From assembly GCA_041737125.1 (NCBI GenBank), contig JBGSSJ010000012.1, forward strand, positions 2,637-66,636: DNA of 64,000 nt, written 5' to 3'. Positions 28,492 through 36,744 of this stretch are shown in pieces (within the stretch, counting starts at the first letter, position 1; each line of letters starts with the position of its first letter). Origin of the DNA: Minisyncoccia bacterium. GTDB taxonomy: Bacteria > Patescibacteriota > Minisyncoccia > Phycocordibacterales > UBA9973. The notes beneath the pieces are model-generated. The model worked only from the letters and a program-made list of their open reading frames with translations. It was not told where the DNA came from and did not search any database. A program made the translations under genes and the position numbers.

Positions 28492-28875
28492 TTAATCTCT
28501 ATTAAAAAACCTTTTTAGGAATGCACGGAAGCCGTGCTCTTTCATGCTTTCTTCTGTGTTTTCTTCTTTCGGAGTATCATCTACTATGACGACCATCCTC
28601 TCTCCTGGCTTTACTACTTGGAACTTGTCGCGGACAGATTCCTCTATACCCTCTTCGGTATTTAGCTTCTCTATATCCGAAGAAAGTAGGCTCTCGCGCT
28701 CTCGAAGTTCCTCAATCTTCTTTAATTCTGAGATTTTATTCTTGTGCGTATCCCGCTCCTTCTGTATAAGATCTATCATATTATAAGCAAAAACAACCAC
28801 TATAATCAAAAGTACAAGTAGCGTAAGTGGTGAGTGCCAAAATGAGTATTTATTTTTCTCCTTGAATTGTGCCAT
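28492..28875 (-). CDS. Septum formation initiator family protein (FtsB/DivIC-like)
   Basis: 127 aa; short cytoplasmic N-terminus, one TM (LTLLVLLIIVVVFAY), coiled coil (ISELKKIEELRERESLL...) and a C-terminal beta region with PGE motif-like VKPGERMVVI. Confidence 0.55.
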   Translation of the reverse strand: MAQFKEKNKYSFWHSPLTLLVLLIIVVVFAYNMIDLIQKERDTHKNKISELKKIEELRERESLLSSDIEKLNTEEGIEESVRDKFQVVKPGERMVVIVDDTPKEENTEESMKEHGFRAFLKRFFNRD

Positions 28876-29005
28876 AAAATATGTATAATTATAACATGAT
28901 TTTTAATGCTAAAAATAAAAAGAGGATAGAGCGCACTTTTGCTGTAATCTCAATCATAGTTATCGTAAGTATGATTTTGCTTTACTTGCCTATCTTCCAG
29001 TAATA

Positions 29006-30802
29006 CTAACTGCCGCTTCGCATCATTTTTAGAAAGACATCATGAGAGATGTTTATTTTTCCTCTGCCTGCCATCTTCTTCTTACCTTTCTTCTGCTTCT
29101 CTCTTAGCTTCATTTTACGTGTTATGTCCCCTCCATACATGTGCTGGGTGACATCTTTCATGAAAGCACTGACTGACTCAGAAGAGATTATTCTTCCTAA
29201 GGCTTTACCTTGGATCTTAAATGCGAACTGCTGACGAGGTATAACCTTCTTTAATTTCTCTACTTGGCTCTTTGCATCTTCTTCTACACGACGTCTTGAT
29301 ACCACCCTTGTGAAAGCAACCATTGGTTCGTCGGCTACAAGTATATCTAGGCGCACTACATCGGCCGGCTTGTATTCACCTATATCATAAGAGATAGAAG
29401 CATAACCAGAAGTCAGACTTTTCAACTCGTCAAAGAAATCACGCATGAGTTCACGAAGTGGCATTTCCAAATCTATAGACGAGCGACTATCCCCGAAATT
29501 ATCTGTCATTTTTACTTCAGCTTCATGCTCATAAAAGAAAGGCATCAAGTTACTAACATACTTAGAAGGAACAATAATCTTCACATCCACCCATGGTTCG
29601 AAAACTTGCTTTATATTTCCATCATCCGGGAATAAGTGGGGGGAGTATATCATCTGTTCCTTATCATTCTTTAATATCACTTTATATGTAATTGAAGGCA
29701 TAGTCACCACAAGCTCTAAGTCGAATTCACGATTAAGTCTCTCCGTTACAATTTCTAGGTGAAGCATTCCTAGGAAACCACACCGAAATCCGCGACCTAG
29801 ACTACCTGAAGTTTCTTCTTCATATGAGAATGAAGAGTCAGAAAGTTTTAATCTAGAGAGAGCTTGCTTGAGTTCTGGGAAGTCGTCGGCAGACTCAGGA
29901 TATACTGATGCCCATACCACCGGGAAAGGGTTCATATACCCAGGAAGTGCAGGTAACGGGCGCTTTGTATACGTAATAGTGTCTCCGACAGATGCAATAC
30001 CGGGCTTTTTAATACCGGTTACAATATATCCAATCTCTCCACCATTAATTGTATCTCTTGGAAATTCTTCAGGAGAGAAAGTCCCCACCTCAAGTGAAAT
30101 AAACTTTTCATTTGAAATAGCAAAGAGGAGCGATTCACCTTTCTTGAAACTTCCATCTATCACACGCACATATACTATAACTCCGCGATGATTATCGTAT
30201 TTAAAGTCAAAGACAAGTGCTCTCCCTGAAGTACTCTCTTCTACAACGACTGGTGGTGGAATTCTTTTTACGAGTTCTGTAAGTAGATTATCTACTCCTT
30301 GGCCAGTCTTCCCAGATACTTCTAGTATTGTATCTGGATCTATATCTAGGAGTAGAGCGAGCTCCATTTTTACTTCATATACACGAGCAAGTGGTGAATC
30401 TACTTTCGAAAGTACTGGGATGATCACAAGCCCTGATTCGCGTGCCATACCTAGTGTAGTAAGTGTCTGTGCTTGGACTCCCTGAGTACAATCCACAAGA
30501 AGTATAGAGCCTTCTACGGCCTTAAGTGCACGCGAAACTTCATAAGAGAAGTCAATATGTCCTGGTGTATCAATAAGGTTTAGGATATATTTCTCTCCAT
30601 CAACGGTATACTCCATACGCACCGGCTGCATCTTGATAGTAATGCCACGTTCACGTTCGAGCTCCATGGAGTCGAGGACTTGGTCTTTCATTTTGCGTTT
30701 CTCTATAGTACCTGTAACTTCAAGCATACGGTCTGCCAGTGTTGATTTGCCGTGGTCAATATGAGCTATGATACTGAAATTTCTTATAGATTTAATATCC
30801 AT
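29006..30802 (-). CDS. lepA: Translation elongation factor 4 (LepA)
   Basis: 598 aa; G-domain motifs AHIDHGKST and DTPGH, and the LepA-specific C-terminal domain. Confidence 0.9.
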   Translation of the reverse strand: MDIKSIRNFSIIAHIDHGKSTLADRMLEVTGTIEKRKMKDQVLDSMELERERGITIKMQPVRMEYTVDGEKYILNLIDTPGHIDFSYEVSRALKAVEGSILLVDCTQGVQAQTLTTLGMARESGLVIIPVLSKVDSPLARVYEVKMELALLLDIDPDTILEVSGKTGQGVDNLLTELVKRIPPPVVVEESTSGRALVFDFKYDNHRGVIVYVRVIDGSFKKGESLLFAISNEKFISLEVGTFSPEEFPRDTINGGEIGYIVTGIKKPGIASVGDTITYTKRPLPALPGYMNPFPVVWASVYPESADDFPELKQALSRLKLSDSSFSYEEETSGSLGRGFRCGFLGMLHLEIVTERLNREFDLELVVTMPSITYKVILKNDKEQMIYSPHLFPDDGNIKQVFEPWVDVKIIVPSKYVSNLMPFFYEHEAEVKMTDNFGDSRSSIDLEMPLRELMRDFFDELKSLTSGYASISYDIGEYKPADVVRLDILVADEPMVAFTRVVSRRRVEEDAKSQVEKLKKVIPRQQFAFKIQGKALGRIISSESVSAFMKDVTQHMYGGDITRKMKLREKQKKGKKKMAGRGKINISHDVFLKMMRSGS

Positions 30803-30840
30803 AAATCTATACTAGCAGAAAAAGCCTTAAATTAAAAGGT

Positions 30841-32598
30841 TTAACTTATAAATCCTCCGACTTGATGATTCCACAAACTAGCATATTTACCACCTTTAGC
30901 TATAAGTTCTTTATGAGTTCCATTCTCTATAATATGCCCTTCTTCGAGGACCAATATTCTGTCCATCTTCTGAATCGTAGAGAGGCGGTGAGCTATAACA
31001 ATAGTAGTTTTACCTTTCATAAGTTCTGCTAATGCTTCCTGGATATACTTTTCACTGACGCTATCAAGGGCACTTGTAGCTTCATCGAGTATAAGAACTG
31101 GCGCATTTTTAATCATTGCACGAGCTATAGCCACACGTTGGCGCTCACCACCAGAGAGCTTCACTCCGCGCTCACCGACATATGTATCATATCCATTACT
31201 TAATCTTTCTATAAATTCCGAAGCATAGGCTTTCTTCGCGACTTCTCTTACTTCTTCATCTGTTGCGTCTTGTTTACCGTAAGCAATATTCTCGCGAATT
31301 GTTCTATGAAATAGAACTGATTCTTGTGGCACATATGATATAACACTACGCAAATCATCTTGAGTAATGTTACGAATATCCTGTCCGTCGATAGTAATAG
31401 ATCCCTTCGATACATCCATAAATCGCAATATTAAGTTTATGATTGTGGACTTCCCTGCTCCAGAGTGACCTACTATGCCGATGCGCTCACCCGGCTTGAT
31501 ATCCAAATCAAAGTTATGTAACACAGGCTTGCCATTCTCATAAATGAAATCTACCTTGTCGAATACAAGATGCCCTTCCTTTATCTTTACTTCTTCTGGA
31601 TTTTCAGGATCTTTAATTTCTAATTTTGTATCAAATATATCTACTACTTCTTTCATGTCAGAAGCATGCTTCATAAATCTAGTAAGAGAATTACCTAGAT
31701 TCCACAGACGTTCCGCTATCATTATTAGATAAGTTTGCACTAAAACAACAGTTCCAGTACTCATCTCATTCTTGAGCCATAAATTTACTGTTATATATAG
31801 CATGGCACTTTGGAAAATAAAAACCAACATTGACTGTATAAAATCAATTCTATTCCCGAAGAACCATGATTTTTTAGCTTTTGTAGCAGCATCGTCCGTC
31901 AAATCTTTAAAAGAAGCTTCCTCTTTTTTACCTGCTGAGAAAATCTTTACAGCTAAAATATTACCAAAAACATCAGCCAACCTTCCTCCTATCTTGGAAT
32001 CAGCTTGTGCTTCTATGAAATCATATTTCATTTTACGTCTTACGAAAAACAACACCACGCCTATAAAAACAATAATAAATGATAGGAATAGCAAGGTTAT
32101 AGATAGTGAACTCTCAAATAAAACAATAAAAATCGCAATAAAAGATATAAGAACACTCCAAAAATCATAGATAAAAATATCATACATTGTCTCGAATGAT
32201 GAAGAGAACTTGCGAGATTTGGTTACAAGACTGCCAGAAAAATTATTAGAGAAAAAAGATTGAGAATGACCTTGAATCTTTTTAAAAGTAAAATTCCGAA
32301 GCTCCCTTGCTACATTAATCTCAAACCATAGATGTAGGTGCTTCGCACCTCGACCTATTAAATGAGCAACTAAGTTTAAAAGAATGATCAAGATAATTAA
32401 GTTTAAAAGAGGAGTAGAGTATATACTTCTCTCTAATGTATCTATTGAAATAATATCAATAATCTTCTTAAAATAAAAAGGGCGTATTATGTCTACTACT
32501 GTTCTTACAGCAAAAATAAAAAGTAAAGAGAAAAATACGAGTTTATATTTTCGCATTTGAGGCCAGACGTATTTAAATATACCTTTAAATAAGGACAT
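30841..32598 (-). CDS. ABC exporter, fused permease/ATPase (MsbA-like), adjacent to murJ
   Basis: 585 aa; six-TM domain, Walker A GHSGAGKST, signature LSGGERQRVAIARA, Walker B LILDEATS. Confidence 0.8.
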   Translation of the reverse strand: MSLFKGIFKYVWPQMRKYKLVFFSLLFIFAVRTVVDIIRPFYFKKIIDIISIDTLERSIYSTPLLNLIILIILLNLVAHLIGRGAKHLHLWFEINVARELRNFTFKKIQGHSQSFFSNNFSGSLVTKSRKFSSSFETMYDIFIYDFWSVLISFIAIFIVLFESSLSITLLFLSFIIVFIGVVLFFVRRKMKYDFIEAQADSKIGGRLADVFGNILAVKIFSAGKKEEASFKDLTDDAATKAKKSWFFGNRIDFIQSMLVFIFQSAMLYITVNLWLKNEMSTGTVVLVQTYLIMIAERLWNLGNSLTRFMKHASDMKEVVDIFDTKLEIKDPENPEEVKIKEGHLVFDKVDFIYENGKPVLHNFDLDIKPGERIGIVGHSGAGKSTIINLILRFMDVSKGSITIDGQDIRNITQDDLRSVISYVPQESVLFHRTIRENIAYGKQDATDEEVREVAKKAYASEFIERLSNGYDTYVGERGVKLSGGERQRVAIARAMIKNAPVLILDEATSALDSVSEKYIQEALAELMKGKTTIVIAHRLSTIQKMDRILVLEEGHIIENGTHKELIAKGGKYASLWNHQVGGFIS

Positions 32599-32638
32599 TT
32601 TGTTATATTAGCAGAAAATACTAAGTAATAAAAGGCTC

Positions 32639-34327
32639 TTAAAGGACCCCTTGCTCCGGAGCAACTACGCGCTCACGCCAGAACTTATGACTAAGAGCAG
32701 CTACAAGGTCTGCTAATTCTTTATTTTTCATCATGGTAAGGGTAAATATACCAAAGCTAATTCCTATTAATCCTGAAAGGAAGCCTTGCATGAACACACC
32801 AAAACCAGTAGATAGTGTAAACACATCATCCAAAATACCCAAGGCTACATATGAAGCAAGCCCCATAATGAAAGAACTTACAAAGCTCTGGAAAAATGTT
32901 GTATATATGCCAGAACATTTTTTCTCCAAGAAATCTTTTTTGAAAAATACCCACAACAAAAATAGATTAAGTAATGATCCACAAGCGTAAGCAAGTGGAA
33001 GAGCAAGCATCATTGTGCCTGGCACATCGGTCACACGTAGTAGGGCTTCTATTTCAGTTAATACATACGGATTACTTTTGAATATATATAAGAATAGATA
33101 GGCGAAGACAATAATCATAAATGAGGAAATGATATTTAGGAATAATGGCTTCTTCGTATTACCTGTCGCATAGTAACCTCGGACGAATAGTAGCACCAAA
33201 CTCTGTGACACGAGTGATATTATGAAGAGCGCGGCGGCCGCCGCTGTAAGCCTTGTGTCTGCCCAACTAAATGTCTCAGATCCCAAAACTACACGCACTA
33301 TCTGAGCACGAAGCACTATCATAAGAGTAATCACAGGTAGTGACCAAAATATAATCTGACGAGTCGCAGAGATAATATGCTTGATAAAGCTTTCCATGTC
33401 CTTCATAGAGAAAGATTTTACAAGCACAGGAAAAGCAGCGACAGAATAAGATATACCTATTATTCCTACAGGTACTGATTGTAAATTGTAAGAGAAAGTA
33501 AAAAGTGATATAGTCCCGTCTTTCAAAGTAGAAGCCATAGCAATGAGAACTACGAAAGCCAAGCTATTACAAGATAGTGCCAGAGTCCTTGGTGCGGATA
33601 ACTTTATAACTTGTACCACTTCCTTCCAATTTATACTGGAGATAAATTTAGGGAAGAATCCATGTTTAATCACAACAGGTATCTGTATAAGTAAATGCAT
33701 GATAGCACCGATAATTACACCCATAGCTAAACCATATACACCCCATATTGGATAGATGAATATAATCCCAACCAAAATACCAACATTATAGAGTATAGGC
33801 GACAAAGAGAAGACAAAGAAATTTTTGAAAAGCTGTGTAACAGTACCGATAAGATTCGAAAGCCCTATGAATATAGGAGAAAGCAACATTATGCGACTAG
33901 TAGTCACAAGTAGATCAAACTGACTCTCAGTAAAACCAGGGGCAATGAATTTCGCTATGTAAGGCATAAGTATAGCGACAACCACACTAATACCCACCAT
34001 GAAAATCATATAAACACTGAAAATATTATTCAAGAACTTCTTAGCATAATTTTCTCCATCTGGACCATTATGAATTTTGTCCACCAGAAACGGCATCAGC
34101 ACTGTAATAGATGCAAGTGATGCAACGGATATATATAGGAAGTCAGGAATACGGAAAGCAGCATAATATATATCAAGAGTAGGCCCAGCTCCTATGATGT
34201 GAGCAAGTGTTCTATCACGAACAAGACCAAGTAATTGTGATATAAATGCGAAACTACCAAGCAAGAGTGCAGCCTCATTCACTCCATGGAATTCTTTATT
34301 CAGAAATGTCAGTATCTTCTTTACCAT
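32639..34327 (-). CDS. murJ: Lipid II flippase MurJ (MviN family)
   Basis: 562 aa with ~14 TM helices; N-terminal GSFAFISQLLGLVRDRTLAHIIGAGPTLDIYYAAFRIPDF matches the MurJ signature region. Confidence 0.8.
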   Translation of the reverse strand: MVKKILTFLNKEFHGVNEAALLLGSFAFISQLLGLVRDRTLAHIIGAGPTLDIYYAAFRIPDFLYISVASLASITVLMPFLVDKIHNGPDGENYAKKFLNNIFSVYMIFMVGISVVVAILMPYIAKFIAPGFTESQFDLLVTTSRIMLLSPIFIGLSNLIGTVTQLFKNFFVFSLSPILYNVGILVGIIFIYPIWGVYGLAMGVIIGAIMHLLIQIPVVIKHGFFPKFISSINWKEVVQVIKLSAPRTLALSCNSLAFVVLIAMASTLKDGTISLFTFSYNLQSVPVGIIGISYSVAAFPVLVKSFSMKDMESFIKHIISATRQIIFWSLPVITLMIVLRAQIVRVVLGSETFSWADTRLTAAAAALFIISLVSQSLVLLFVRGYYATGNTKKPLFLNIISSFMIIVFAYLFLYIFKSNPYVLTEIEALLRVTDVPGTMMLALPLAYACGSLLNLFLLWVFFKKDFLEKKCSGIYTTFFQSFVSSFIMGLASYVALGILDDVFTLSTGFGVFMQGFLSGLIGISFGIFTLTMMKNKELADLVAALSHKFWRERVVAPEQGVL

Positions 34328-34333
34328 TTACTA

Positions 34334-36691
34334 TTATTGTTGGCCTTGTAATGGTAATTTGGCTGGTTGTTTTGCGGCTTCCTTTTTATCTTCTGTTTTT
34401 TCTTCTGTAGGTGCTACAACTGGATTATCTATGGATTTAATAGCATTCTTTATTTCTTCATTGTCAGGAATAATCTTGGCTAGAATTTCGTACTGTGCGA
34501 GTGCATCACTCTTACGTCCTACTTTAGAGTAAGATTGTCCCAACAAGAATCTAGCATTTAGATAAGTTGGATCTAGTATTACAGCTTGTTCGAAAGCTCC
34601 AATAGCTTCTTGGTATTGTGAGTTATTTGAACGTAGTAAACCTAATCTGAAGAATATAGTTGGATCATTTGGGTTTACTTGAGCTGCTCTCTCAGCCTGC
34701 TTTATGGCCCCAGCCAAGTTCCCTTCATTAGTTTCTATCTGAGCAAGAAGGAATATAGCATCAGTATAGTTTGGCTTAAGAGTTAGAGCTTCATTTATAT
34801 ATCTACGAGCTTCTGTATTATTTTTATTTATAATTTCTAGAGCTGCTTTAGATAGTAAGATGGAAGGATTATGAGGAGCGAGTTTTTGCGCACTAGTATA
34901 AGCAGATAGAGCTTTATCATAACTACCCTCTATAGCAAGCGGCACGAGAGAACTATACATATTACCCAAATTAACATGATTTATATATTGATTTGGATTC
35001 TGTCTCACAGCAAGTATAGCAGACTGTTCGGCTAGATTTACTAATCTCTGAATATTGGACTTCAAGAGATCTTCAGAAACATTCTTCTCATTTAATTGAA
35101 GACCTATGTGATTGACATATATACCAGAGATAGTTCTGTAGTAAATATCATTCTCATCTAGACGTATAGCACTACCAAGCAATTGCTCACCTTTTACCAA
35201 AGATTCTATTGTATTATTTACTGTTGAACCTTTTGAGAAATAAGCTATAGAGATGAATTTCTCTGTATAAACATATGCAGTGGCAAGCGTTAATACCATG
35301 AGACACATAATTCCAAGGATTGAGAAGAAGCTATGGCGTGGATCACCTAAGAAAGAAAATTCTCTTACTTTTATTAATTGAGCTTGTACCATCAACCCTA
35401 TTAATATTCCACTTGATACAAATGCAATTGAAAATATTACTATACTAGGAGTATAGAATATAATAGTGAACCACGAATAGATTGCAGTGATGAAAGTTAT
35501 GAATGTAAAATAATTCGACGAAGTACTATTGAACATGTTACGGAATGACTTAGCGCTTCTCTTTATGAGAACACCTAGGAAAAGTAACCATGAGAGTATA
35601 CCTACAATACCAACAGTCGCAGCGAAAGTCATAAGTGAACTAAAGCCATTATTAAAATCTATATTCCAGTATTGAGAAAGTACGACTTCTTTTGGTTGCC
35701 ATAGCGCCCAGTTATGCACAAAAGTATTTGGCCCTGTACCGAAGAATGGATTGTGCTTAATGGCTTCAAGTGCAATACCAGATGTAGTAGACACAAGTGG
35801 CCTCACAACTAAGTTTGGTATATTTATATACTGTGAAGTAAAACTATATATAGGATTATTTGCGAATATAAATAGTAAAGATAATAATATTACAACAAGA
35901 GTAGTAAATGGAAATCTCTTCTTGTTCTCAGTAGAGACATTATTATCTTGCGATTGTTGTATTGACACTTTATATACGAACAAGACTAGAGCAAACAATC
36001 CAATCATAATCCAAACAATCGAGAAATTAATGATTACAAGGAAGAATAAACCAGATACTAACAAGAAGTACTGTAGGAACAACATAAAACCCTTATTTTT
36101 CATAAATTCAATCGTAAACAGTACAAGTAATATAATCAATCCAAAGAATAATCCGAAATCATTCCAAGAACCGAACAAGTTGCCATTTGATACACCACTT
36201 AGCAAACCCGGGGCAAATCGATCAAAACCTATAAAGATATGGACCAACTCAAATACAGATAGTATTGTCGCGCCCAAGAAAAGTAACATGTAGAAATACC
36301 ACAACCTTTTCTCTTTTTGGAAATGAACAGAAGATAGGAAGAACAGTATGAAAAGTACAAGCATTGAGCTAGCAGTACCTACTTCAAACCCACTACCAAA
36401 GATCGATATATACTTAGATGAGGAGAAAAAAGATGCAATCAAAAATACGACAGGTATAGCCCCTGCAAATAACAAAATATTATCTTTAGGCAAAGAGAAC
36501 TTACCTTCACCTAAACGTGCCATAAGCCAGAATGCTAAAGAAAGGACCGCTCCTATAGATAATAGGAAACCCTTATTTGCATCGAGGGTAATCGGTACAT
36601 AAGGTATGAATAAGAATAATGACAAGAACAATGTTCCAAGAATTGTCCCAAATGATAATTTATCGAATAATTCAACTTTTTTAGATTCCAT
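34334..36691 (-). CDS. O-antigen ligase/polymerase-like (Wzy_C/WaaL-type) polytopic membrane protein with C-terminal TPR repeats
   Basis: 785 aa; ~12 TM helices with a periplasmic loop containing AIKHNPFFGTGPNTF (H-N...GxG motif of the O-antigen ligase family); the C-terminal ~300 aa form tandem TPR-like repeats (A..Y..A....P.N). Confidence 0.6.
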   Translation of the reverse strand: MESKKVELFDKLSFGTILGTLFLSLFLFIPYVPITLDANKGFLLSIGAVLSLAFWLMARLGEGKFSLPKDNILLFAGAIPVVFLIASFFSSSKYISIFGSGFEVGTASSMLVLFILFFLSSVHFQKEKRLWYFYMLLFLGATILSVFELVHIFIGFDRFAPGLLSGVSNGNLFGSWNDFGLFFGLIILLVLFTIEFMKNKGFMLFLQYFLLVSGLFFLVIINFSIVWIMIGLFALVLFVYKVSIQQSQDNNVSTENKKRFPFTTLVVILLSLLFIFANNPIYSFTSQYINIPNLVVRPLVSTTSGIALEAIKHNPFFGTGPNTFVHNWALWQPKEVVLSQYWNIDFNNGFSSLMTFAATVGIVGILSWLLFLGVLIKRSAKSFRNMFNSTSSNYFTFITFITAIYSWFTIIFYTPSIVIFSIAFVSSGILIGLMVQAQLIKVREFSFLGDPRHSFFSILGIMCLMVLTLATAYVYTEKFISIAYFSKGSTVNNTIESLVKGEQLLGSAIRLDENDIYYRTISGIYVNHIGLQLNEKNVSEDLLKSNIQRLVNLAEQSAILAVRQNPNQYINHVNLGNMYSSLVPLAIEGSYDKALSAYTSAQKLAPHNPSILLSKAALEIINKNNTEARRYINEALTLKPNYTDAIFLLAQIETNEGNLAGAIKQAERAAQVNPNDPTIFFRLGLLRSNNSQYQEAIGAFEQAVILDPTYLNARFLLGQSYSKVGRKSDALAQYEILAKIIPDNEEIKNAIKSIDNPVVAPTEEKTEDKKEAAKQPAKLPLQGQQ

Positions 36692-36744
36692 AATTTTATA
36701 AAAATATAATAATAATTAATTATACCTAAATAGCCTCAATAAAG

